A DNA stretch of 64,000 nucleotides from assembly GCA_000092065.1 (NCBI GenBank), contig CP000581.1; one strand, 5' to 3'. Source of the DNA: Ostreococcus lucimarinus. Its lineage: Eukaryota. Below, in pieces: positions 36,018 to 45,198 of this stretch. Position 1 is the stretch's first letter. Every line of letters starts with the position of its first letter. Position numbers and translations under genes: made by a program. The notes below the pieces were generated by a model. It made no database searches, was not told where the DNA came from, and was given only the letters and a program-made list of their open reading frames with translations.

Positions 36018-37235
36018 TTACTTGAGGAGGAGTTCGGCGCATTGCACGGCGTTTAAGGCGGCGCCCTTCTTGATTTGGTCACCACACACGAACAAATCCA
36101 AGCCCTTGTTGTTGGGCTGGGAGATGTCTTGACGGATGCGACCGACGTAGACGTCGTCGTTATCCGTGGCGTCGAGCGGGGTGGGGAAACGGTTGGCGGC
36201 GCGATCGTCGATGATGGAAACGCCCGCGGCGGAGGACAAGATTTCTTTCGCCTTGACTTCATCGAGCGGGTTCTTCAACGTCAAGTTGATGGATTCCGCG
36301 TGCGCACGCATCACCGGCACCCGAATGCACGTGGCGGTGATGTTGACGTCTTTGAAGTCCCAAATCTTTCTCGTCTCCTTGACCATCTTCATCTCTTCCT
36401 CGTTGTAACCATTCTCCGTCATCGGGGCGTTGTGAGAGAACAAGTTGAACGCATACTGCCACTGGAAGATTTCCATCGTCTTGCACTCACCGTCGTTCAC
36501 CACTTCTCTCGTTTGTTGCTCCAACTCCTTCATCGCGAGCGCGCCGGCGCCGCTCGCCGCTTGGTACGTCGACACGACGATACGTTCGACGCCCACGGCG
36601 CGGTGAATCGGCGTCACCGCCATGAGCGCGATGATGGTGGAGCAGTTCGGGTTCGCGATGATCCCAGCCTTACCACCGAGCTTCAAGTGCGCCATGGCTT
36701 CCGGATTCACCTCCGGAATCACCAACGGCACCCCATCCGTCATGCGAAACGCGCTCGAGTTATCCACCACGAAGCACCCCTTCTCCACCGCCACCGGTCC
36801 AAACTTTTTCGAGATCGACCCCCCCGCGGAGAACAACGCGATATCTTGCCCATCGAACGAGCTCTCCGTCAGTTCCTCCACGACGTACGTCTCGCCGTCG
36901 AAATCCACCTTCGACCCCGCGCTTCGCGCGCTCGCCAGCATCTTCATCTCGCTATACGGAAAGTCCCTCTCCTTGAGCACGCGCAGGAACTCCTGTCCGA
37001 CCGCGCCCGTGATTCCCGCGATGACCACCTTCGGTCCGTCCGCCGTTCGCTTCGCCTCGACGCGCACCGCCCCTCGCGTCCCGCGCGCGCCCCGCGCGAT
37101 CCTTTTCGTCGTCGCTTTCAGCGCGTTCGCGTTCGCGATTCGCGCTCTCGCGCTCGTCGTCGCGCGCATCGTCGTCGTCCGCTCGTCCCTCGTCCCTCGT
37201 CGGCGCTCGTCGCGGCGCGTCGGCGTGTGTCGCAC
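36018..37235 (-). CDS. ASD: Aspartate-semialdehyde dehydrogenase with an N-terminal transit-like extension
   Basis: VVIAGITGAVGQEF (Rossmann fold), GIIANPNCSTIIALMAVTPIH (active-site Cys), ...YQAASGAG... and the C-terminal [19 protein letters not shown]. The first 70 aa are R/T/A-rich. Confidence 0.85.
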   Translation of the reverse strand: MRHTPTRRDERRRGTRDERTTTMRATTSARARIANANALKATTKRIARGARGTRGAVRVEAKRTADGPKVVIAGITGAVGQEFLRVLKERDFPYSEMKMLASARSAGSKVDFDGETYVVEELTESSFDGQDIALFSAGGSISKKFGPVAVEKGCFVVDNSSAFRMTDGVPLVIPEVNPEAMAHLKLGGKAGIIANPNCSTIIALMAVTPIHRAVGVERIVVSTYQAASGAGALAMKELEQQTREVVNDGECKTMEIFQWQYAFNLFSHNAPMTENGYNEEEMKMVKETRKIWDFKDVNITATCIRVPVMRAHAESINLTLKNPLDEVKAKEILSSAAGVSIIDDRAANRFPTPLDATDNDDVYVGRIRQDISQPNNKGLDLFVCGDQIKKGAALNAVQCAELLLK

Positions 37236-37504
37236 CGCGCGCGCGTCGCCTCTCTTTTGGGGTTTCTCGACGCGCGCTGATCTTCGCCATACGAGGGTGT
37301 TTTTCGACGTTCGCCGCGCGAGGGTTTTTTTCGACGCGCGCGAATCGAACGAATCGAATCTCGCGCGCGAGGGCGCGACGCGACGGACGCAGATCGCGAC
37401 GCGCGCGAACGCCGAGCGAAGGCGGAACGCGCGAAGGCGCGAAGGCGCGAACGCGCGAAGGCGCGAACGCGAGCGACGGACGCGGGACGCGACGGCGAGC
37501 GACG

Positions 37505-40300
37505 ATGCCGATGCGGTTGGACATCAAGCGCAAGCTCGTGCAGCGGAGCGACCGGGTGAAGGGGGTGGAGATACACCCCACGGAACCGTGGATACTGACG
37601 AATCTGTACTCGGGGAACGTGGCGATATGGGATTACGAGACGAACGCGCTGGTGAAGTCGTTCGAGGTGACGGAACTGCCGGTGAGGACGTCGAAGTGGA
37701 TCGCGCGCAAGCAGTGGATCGCGACGGGGGCGGACGACATGTTCCTGAGGGTGTATAATTATAACACGTCGGAGTTGGTGGTCGGGTTCGAGGCGCACAG
37801 CGATTACATACGGTCGATCGCGGTGCATCCGACGCAACCGTACGTGGTGACGTGCTCGGATGATATGCTCATCAAGCTTTGGGATTGGGAAAGGCAGTGG
37901 GACTGCGCGATGGTGTTCGAGGGACACTCGCACTACGTGATGCACGTGGTGTTCAACCCGAAGGATACGAACACGTTCGCCAGCGCCTCGCTCGATCGCA
38001 CCATCAAGGTGTGGAACGTGACGTCGCCGGTGTGCAATTTTACGCTCGAGGGTCACGAAAAAGGGGTCAACTGCGTCGACTACTTCGCCGGCGGCGATCG
38101 CCCGTACCTCATCTCCGGCGCTGACGATAAGTTGGCTAAGATTTGGGATTACCAGACGAAATCGTGCGTTCAAACGCTCGAAGGTCACGCGCACAACGTT
38201 TCGGCGGTGAGCTTCCACCCCGAACTTCCCGTGATCATCACCGGGAGCGAGGACGGGACGCTGCGCATCTGGCATCAGAATACGTATCGCTTGGAGAACA
38301 CGCTCAACTATGGATTGGAGCGGGTTTGGGCGATCGGTTGCTTGAAGGGATCGAATTCGGTGGCGATCGGTTACGACGAAGGGACGGTGATGTTCAAGAT
38401 CGGTCGCGATGAGCCCGTGGTGAGCATGGACAGCACCGGTAAGATCATCTGGTGCAAACACAACGAAGTGCAGACGACAAACGTCAAGGCGCTTCCGGCG
38501 GATTACGAAGCCGCGGACGGTGAGAGACTGCCGTTACCGGTGAAGGAACTCGGTAACAGTGAACTGTACCCGCAGAGCTTGGCGCACAACCCGAACGGAC
38601 GGTTCGTTGCCGTTTGCGGCGACGGCGAATACATCATCTACACCGCCCTCGCGTGGAGAAATAAGAGCTTCGGGAGCGCGATTGAATTCGCTTGGAGCAT
38701 CGATCCCAGCGAGTTCGCTGTTCGTGAAAGTTCGAGTAAGATTAAAGTTTTCAAGAACTTTACGGAAAAGAACGCTTTCCGCCCTAATTTCACCGCTGAA
38801 GGTTTGCACGGCGGCGCATTGCTCGGTCTTCGCTCGACGGATTTCATTTGCTTTTACGATTGGGATGAGTGCCGTGTCATTCGTCGCTTGGATGTGTCGG
38901 TTAAAAACGTCATCTGGAGTGAGTCGGGTGAAATGGTCACCATAGTAAGCGATACGAGCTTCTTTATCCTGCGATACAACCTTGAAGCGACTGCGGAGGC
39001 TTTCGCATCTGGACACGTGGACGAGAGCGAGGGCGTTGAAGAGTCGTTCGAGCTGATTTCCGAAATCAACGAGTCGGTCAGCACGGGTATTTGGGTGGGA
39101 GATTGCTTCATCTACACTAACACCGATAAGCGTTTGAACTACTGCGTCGGTGGCGAAGTGACGACCCTTACACACTTGGATCGTTCCATGTTCATCTTGG
39201 GTTACCTCGCGGCGCAAAACCGTGTCTTCTTGATGGACAAGAATTTTGCCGTCGTGTCCTTTACTTTGCTGTTGACCGTGGTCGAATTCAAGACATTGAT
39301 CCTTCGCGGTGAGTTGGAGGCCGCAGAGGAAGTTCTCGAGACGATCCCGGTCGATCAGCACAATTCCATCGCGCGCTTCCTCGAGTCTCGCGGCTTGGTG
39401 AGCGACGCCTTACGCATTGCGACCGACCCGGATTTCAAGTTTGAACTCGCTGTTCAATTAGGTGAACTCGATATCGCCCGAGAAATCGTAGAAACGGAAG
39501 GTGCGAATGAGTCGAAATGGAAGCAACTCGGTGAGCTTGCGATGTCGAATGGTGACCTCGAGCTCACGAACAAGTGCTTAGAAAAGTCTGGAGATTTGTC
39601 TGGTCAGTTGTTACTTGCGACCTCATCTGGATCACCAGAGACGCTCAAGCAACTCGTGGAGGAATCGAAACTCAAGGGTAAGAACAATGTGGCGTTTGTA
39701 TCGATGTTCATGCTGAAAGATATCGATGGTTGCATCGACTTATTGATCGAGACAAAGCGTATTCCCGAGGCGGCGTTCATGGCGCGCACATATGCGCCGA
39801 GTCGTGTATCTGAAATCATCGCATTGTGGAAGGATGACTTGAGTAAGGTAAACAAGAAGGCAGCCGAGGCTTTAGCCGATCCAGCGGGACATCTGGAGTT
39901 ATTCGAAGGCTTTGATGAGGCACTCGACGCGGAAAAACACGCCAGAGCGCAAGCGGGCGCCCAGGCCGACGCGTGCGAATATGGCGTCGGGCTCGCCGTT
40001 GACAAGCTTACGGATGCGATCGACGACATCGATGTGAACGAGCAACAAGATCAGTCAGAAGCTGTAGCGGAGCCCGAAATCGAGGAAGAGGCGTCGCCGG
40101 AATCCGATATCGCGGTGGAGCCAGAATCTGAAGTGGTGGATGAGGCGGAACAGGAAGTCGAGGCAGAACAGGAAGTCGAGGCGGAACAGGAAGTCGAGGC
40201 GGAACAGGAACCCGAGGTATCATCCGGCGAGCCAGCCGCAGATGGTGGTGAAGAGGATTGGGGTTTGGACGATGACGCCGCACCGGCGAAGGCTGATTAA
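37505..40300 (+). CDS. COPB2: Coatomer subunit beta-prime (COPB2)
   Basis: MPMRLDIKRKLVQRSDRVKGVEIHPTEPWILTNLYSGNVAIWDYETNALVKSFEV... is near-identical to eukaryotic beta-prime COP WD40 repeats. An alpha-solenoid follows, then an acidic Glu/Gln-rich tail encoded by (GGAACAGGAAGTCGAGGC)n. Confidence 0.9.
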   Translation: MPMRLDIKRKLVQRSDRVKGVEIHPTEPWILTNLYSGNVAIWDYETNALVKSFEVTELPVRTSKWIARKQWIATGADDMFLRVYNYNTSELVVGFEAHSDYIRSIAVHPTQPYVVTCSDDMLIKLWDWERQWDCAMVFEGHSHYVMHVVFNPKDTNTFASASLDRTIKVWNVTSPVCNFTLEGHEKGVNCVDYFAGGDRPYLISGADDKLAKIWDYQTKSCVQTLEGHAHNVSAVSFHPELPVIITGSEDGTLRIWHQNTYRLENTLNYGLERVWAIGCLKGSNSVAIGYDEGTVMFKIGRDEPVVSMDSTGKIIWCKHNEVQTTNVKALPADYEAADGERLPLPVKELGNSELYPQSLAHNPNGRFVAVCGDGEYIIYTALAWRNKSFGSAIEFAWSIDPSEFAVRESSSKIKVFKNFTEKNAFRPNFTAEGLHGGALLGLRSTDFICFYDWDECRVIRRLDVSVKNVIWSESGEMVTIVSDTSFFILRYNLEATAEAFASGHVDESEGVEESFELISEINESVSTGIWVGDCFIYTNTDKRLNYCVGGEVTTLTHLDRSMFILGYLAAQNRVFLMDKNFAVVSFTLLLTVVEFKTLILRGELEAAEEVLETIPVDQHNSIARFLESRGLVSDALRIATDPDFKFELAVQLGELDIAREIVETEGANESKWKQLGELAMSNGDLELTNKCLEKSGDLSGQLLLATSSGSPETLKQLVEESKLKGKNNVAFVSMFMLKDIDGCIDLLIETKRIPEAAFMARTYAPSRVSEIIALWKDDLSKVNKKAAEALADPAGHLELFEGFDEALDAEKHARAQAGAQADACEYGVGLAVDKLTDAIDDIDVNEQQDQSEAVAEPEIEEEASPESDIAVEPESEVVDEAEQEVEAEQEVEAEQEVEAEQEPEVSSGEPAADGGEEDWGLDDDAAPAKAD

Positions 40301-40377
40301 AATCACACTAGCTTGATGTAAATACGAGAGGCAAACCTTGCGTTGCGCCAGCAGCCACAGAGTACGACTCGGTCGAC

Positions 40378-41022
40378 ATGCCGCACGTTCGCGCACTCAC
40401 GGTAACGTGCGGGAACGCGGGAAAGAAAAAAGCATCCGCGGCATCAAAGCAGCAATCTGCGGCGTCCAAGAAGTCGTTGGCGTACCGCGTTTCCCGTGGC
40501 GGGCTGACGCTGGAGAAGATTCCGCAGCCGTTAGTCGAACGCTCGCCGTCCGTCGCTCTGGCCTTCACTTACCTCGGTGACGCGGTTTGGGAGCTCTACG
40601 CTCGACAACACATGATTCTAAAGCGCGTCACGTCGAGCGAGAGCGCGTCGACGTCGGGAAGGGCCATCAGGCCTCAAGACGGCGTCTCCAAGGGCTGGTG
40701 CAGCGCCAAAGCCATGCACGCACACCTGAATAGGCTTCTTGAACAGGATTTATTGACAGATCAAGAGCTCGCGGTGTTGAAATGGGGAAGAGATTTCGGA
40801 CACGAGTCGCGGTCGGGACATAAAGGGGATGTGCACAGGGACGCAAGCGCTTTGGAGGCGCTTGTGGCGTACCTGTATTTATTCGAGAGCGATAGGTTGC
40901 ACGAAGTATTAGAGCTGTGCGGCATGACCTTTTGCGGGAAGCCTCTGAACGGGCTCGTGGGAATCGCGGACGCAACGCTCGAGACGATGGACGCCCTGAA
41001 TTTCGACGTTGAGGCGGTTTGA
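40378..41022 (+). CDS. Mini-ribonuclease III (RNase III domain only), plastid/organelle type
   Basis: RNase III signature ALAFTYLGDAVWELYAR (ERLEFLGDA-like), ...LKWGRDFGH. 214 aa with a basic N-terminal extension. Confidence 0.7.
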   Translation: MPHVRALTVTCGNAGKKKASAASKQQSAASKKSLAYRVSRGGLTLEKIPQPLVERSPSVALAFTYLGDAVWELYARQHMILKRVTSSESASTSGRAIRPQDGVSKGWCSAKAMHAHLNRLLEQDLLTDQELAVLKWGRDFGHESRSGHKGDVHRDASALEALVAYLYLFESDRLHEVLELCGMTFCGKPLNGLVGIADATLETMDALNFDVEAV

Positions 41023-41079
41023 TGATACCGTTCATCGCATAGATTTAGACTCAATATAGCAATTTCACTACCGTCAAGC

Positions 41080-42108
41080 TCAAGCTTCCGCGGCGTAATC
41101 TTCCTTGATTTCAATAGCGCTCATCTTTTCGATCGTCGCACTCACTTCTTCATCGCCTTTTGTTTCACCTTCTTGCTCACTACAAAGACATTTGAGCCAG
41201 TCATCCATTTTCTTCACAGTCGTCGGTAAGAAACCGTCCACTGTCGTAACGCAGTCCTTCTGTCCTGGCGTGTGACCTTCCGGCACGAGGAAGTCGGGAA
41301 TATCTTCATCCTCAAGTAATCTTTGCAAACCAGTATACTGCGACTCTGCTTGGCTGAAAATCTTGATTTTATGTTGCGTGTGCACCGCGAGAAGAGGTTT
41401 GACCGCGCTCCACAAGTAGTCAAACGCTGACGGCGCGTTGACAACGTAGATGGCCTTGGAGAGCTCCGGATAGTTGTGCGAAGCGACGCTATTGATTGTC
41501 TTCAACACATAGAGGCATCTCAACGCCGACATACCTATCCCGTCCATGTCGATGATGACGACTTGCTTATCCACCAAACCGTCGTAATCGTCGCTCGAAG
41601 CCTCTTGCTCCTTGCCCTCAGCTTTGATCTTCTTCGCTCTCTCTGTAGCCTCGGGGATAATCGACTGCACCAAGTGCTCAGCGCGTACGATCGTAGAGTA
41701 GACGTGCGTTTCGTCGCTTGCCGACGTCGCTAACGCGGCATCACCCTTACCCAGCCGTAACATGTACACCGGGAACCCCTGTTTCGTGTAGCATAAAAAT
41801 GGTGTCCCCGTCATAATCTTACGGTTATCGGCGAGCAAATCCCATCGTGGTTCGCTCGCTAGGATCGCATCAACGCCCACACGATCGCCAATTTTCACTG
41901 TCTTACGCCACTCCATCGCCTCTCTCAGCGCGGCCTCGGCGTTATCCAAACTATACTTGCGCGCTACTAAAAATCGTCGAAGCGTCGCGCGGCGGTTCCC
42001 CAACGGGCACATCCCCTCGGGAATTTCCTCGCAGTCCTCCCCGAATCGCCCCGCCAATTCATCCACGAGCTCTTTCCAGTTCTCCGGGTGCGGAAACTCG
42101 TGAAACAA
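41080..42108 (-). CDS. SEC14-like phosphatidylinositol transfer protein (CRAL-TRIO)
   Basis: CRAL-TRIO N-domain LRRFLVARKYSLDNAEAALREAMEWRK and a lipid-binding domain (...VIIDMDGIGMSAL...YPELSKAIYVVNAP...). Confidence 0.8.
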   Translation of the reverse strand: MFHEFPHPENWKELVDELAGRFGEDCEEIPEGMCPLGNRRATLRRFLVARKYSLDNAEAALREAMEWRKTVKIGDRVGVDAILASEPRWDLLADNRKIMTGTPFLCYTKQGFPVYMLRLGKGDAALATSASDETHVYSTIVRAEHLVQSIIPEATERAKKIKAEGKEQEASSDDYDGLVDKQVVIIDMDGIGMSALRCLYVLKTINSVASHNYPELSKAIYVVNAPSAFDYLWSAVKPLLAVHTQHKIKIFSQAESQYTGLQRLLEDEDIPDFLVPEGHTPGQKDCVTTVDGFLPTTVKKMDDWLKCLCSEQEGETKGDEEVSATIEKMSAIEIKEDYAAEA

Positions 42109-42685
42109 TTTAGTAGGATCAGTTTCCCTGCGTTTGTCAAAGCGCGCTCCGTCAGTCGCGGCCGGCGTCCTCGACAGCTATCGGCGAGGTTTCTGATCTC
42201 ATCCATATCCGCGTCGTTCGCTTCGATTGATCGCTCTTTTGCCACCGCGTGTCGCGCGGGAGCGCGTCAACAAACACCATCGCGCGCGTCGTCGATCGCG
42301 CGCACGTACGGTTTATCCTCGCCATCCGCGGTCGCCGAGAACCAGCCACCGACGCTGCCAAACATGGAACTCATTTCCCTCGTCCGCCGCGCGCGATCGC
42401 GTGCGCGCGCGACGCGTGCGCGTGGACGTGGGCGCGAGAAACTCCTTAACCACCGATCGGCGTCGATACGACGCGCGTCGAGGAGCCGCGGGCGTGCGCG
42501 CGAAGGTCTGAGGTTTGATCGAACGAAGAAAGAACGAAGCGCGCCGACGGCAGAACGCGTCGCGCGGCGAATCGAGCGCGAGCGAAGTCGCTAAGGCGTC
42601 CGACGACGCGCTTTCGAGCGACAGCTAGCGGCGATCGCGCGCGCAGGCGGTGAAAGAGGCGCGGCGCGCGAAGTTGACGGATTCA

Positions 42686-45140
42686 ATGAAGGTCGAGGCG
42701 AACGCCGCGATGGAAATTGCGGTGGCGGAGGTGAAAAAGACGGAAGTCGAGCGCGGGAATAAGGTGCTGGTGACGCCTTTGTACGGAGTGAAGGGTAAGT
42801 AACGAGAGGACGCGAACGGCGGATGGTGCGAATGAAGAGATCAGAGTGACTGACGACGGCGAATTACGAACGAATCGCGCAGGAGAACAACCGATGTGCT
42901 ATCACGTCTCCATCGATGGCTGTAACATCTTGCTCGATTGTGGATGGAATGACAAATTTGATGTGGACATGCTCAAGCCGCTGGCGGCGATCGCGCCGAA
43001 GGTTGACGCGGTTTTGATTTCGCATCCAGACACGGCGCACTTGGGCGCGTTGCCCTACGCGTTTGGAAAGTTGGGAATGAATTGCAAGGTTTACGCGACG
43101 CTGCCGGTGCACAAGATGGGACAGATGTACATGTATGATCACTTTTTGACGAGGCAAGATCAGGGGGATTTTCAGGAGGTGTTTTCGCTCGACGACGTCG
43201 ACACGGCTTTCGCGGCGTTTGTGCCCGTCAAGTACATGCAATTGTCGATGCTGCGCGGGAAGGGTGATGGAATCTCGGTCATGGCTTACGCCGCTGGCCA
43301 CACGCTTGGTGGTGCGGTGTGGAAGATAGGAAAAGATGCTGAAGACGTGGTGTACGCCGTAGATTACAACGTGCGGAAGGAGAGACACCTGAACGGCACA
43401 TCTTTCGACGCCATTCACAGACCTGCGCTTCTCATCACTGACGCGAGTAGTGTCGACCGCGAAGTGCCGAACAAGACTACTCGAGACGCCAAGCTGATTG
43501 ATTCGATATTGTCTAGCTTGCGCATGAACGGTAACGTGCTCATTCCGATCGATCCCGCTGGGCGCGTGCTCGAGTTGATTTTGTTGCTAGAAGAGAAGTG
43601 GGCGCAGCGTCAATTGGGATCGTACCAAATCGTGCTTTTGACCAACGTGGCGTATAACACGCTCGATTTCGCGAAATCACATTTAGAATGGATGGGGGAT
43701 CACGTGACAAACGCATTCGAGCGTAGACGCGAGAACCCATTTAACACAAAGTTTCTCACGCTGTGCCACTCGATGGAGGAGTTGCAGGCGTTACCGCCGG
43801 GGCCTAAAGTCGTCCTCGCGTCGTTCGGAAGCTTGGAGGCGGGACCATCGAGACATTTGTTCGCTGAATGGGCTGAAGATAAGAGCAACTTGGTGATTCT
43901 CACCGGTCAACCGGAGCATGGTTCGCTCACTGAGCAAGTCGTGCAGCTCAGCGCGAAGGCCACGGCGAAGAAAAAGATCAAGCTCACGTTATCGCGCCGC
44001 ATCCCTTTGGAAGGATCAGAGCTAGCGGAGCACGAGAGTAGTCGCAAATCGAGTACAAGTACTGAGCTGGAGAAGAAGGAGAGCGAGACTGTGATAGCAG
44101 AGGAAGAAATGACGGATATAAAACCGGTTGAAGCAGAGGCTGAGCCCATGGATGTACTTTTTGGTGTGACAACGGTGGGATCTACTCAGGAAGCCGATTT
44201 ACGACGGCGCGATACCTTGACGGAGGGATTCACACCGATTTCCACGCCACATGGTCCCATGTTTCCTGATGAAGTGTGGGAGCCGACGATGACGGATTAT
44301 GGTCAAGAGATAGACATCGAAACGTTTCATCAAATTTCACAAATGTCGAGCGGGATACCTATTCCAGAACCGATGAAGGAGACAACTGTAGTCGACGACC
44401 TTGATGTCGCAAACATCGAAGAAGACGAAGAAGAAGAGCCTCAAGAGGTTCCTACGAAACTCGTCACCGAGACTCGTGAAATTAACATCCGTGCGACAAT
44501 CATAACTGTTGACTTTGAAGGAAAGGCAGACGGCAAGAGCGTCCGCACTCTCATCACGCAAGCTGCGCCGAGACGGGTAGTTTTAGTTCATGGTGATGCG
44601 AAGGAGACTAAAACGCTCAAAGATGCGCTCACTGCGGGATTACCCGGTGTGCAGATCGATGCTCCTGATGCGGGTAAGACGATTGAGTGCACTTCGGCTT
44701 CGGCAACGTACAAGATTCGCGTCTCAGACGCGCTCTTTCAAAAGGCAAACATGCGAGACATGGCGGGTTACAAAGTTGGCTGGGTCAACGGTGTCGTTGG
44801 CAAAGCCTTGGAAGAGGGTGGTGCTCCAATGTTGCTGCCTGTCTCTGCCTTGAACTCGAACGCTGATGGCATGGCGCTCGCGCCGTCAAACGCCACGATG
44901 ACAAAGGTGTCTGCGCAGCCCGGTTCCGTATTTTTGGGCGATTTGCGTCTTTCTGATTTCCGTCAGGCGCTAGCTCAAGAAGGCATCATCGCCGAATTCG
45001 CCGATGGTGTGCTGGTGTGTGCCAACGGTCGTGTCACGGTTAGAAAGGACGGTGATGAAAAGCTCGTCGTCGAGGGCGCGTTATCCCAAGACTATTTCGA
45101 GGTTCGACAGATCCTTTACTCGCAGTACAGCATCCTCTAA
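42686..45140 (+). CDS. CPSF2: Cleavage and polyadenylation specificity factor 100-kDa subunit (CPSF2), two exons: join(42686..42794,42883..45140)
   Basis: Exon 2 carries the MBL and beta-CASP domains: ILLDCGWNDKFDVDMLKPLAAIAPKVDAVLISHPDTAHLGALPYAFGKLGMNCKVYATLPVHKMGQMYMYD. The HxHxDH motif is degenerate, as in CPSF100. Exon 1 (MKVEANAAMEIAVAEVKKTEVERGNKVLVTPLYGVKG) supplies the conserved N-terminal strand (human IKLTTLSGVQEESALCY). Donor G|GTAAGTAAC at 42795. The intron contains AGTGACTGACGACGG. Acceptor ATCGCGCAG| at 42882. The join is in frame and gives ...YGVKG-EQPMCYHVSIDG. Confidence 0.8.
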
Positions 45141-45198
45141 AGGAATTGGCTAGCTCTAGATTAACAATGTACTATGACGAAAGTAGATTTGAAACAAC

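Noticed and set aside
36075-38461. 401-aa plus ORF, 378-aa plus ORF and 447-aa minus ORF
   Set aside because: They are antisense to, or frame-shifted shadows of, the ASADH and beta-prime COP genes. The composition is Arg/His/Pro-rich and typical of GC-rich antisense frames.
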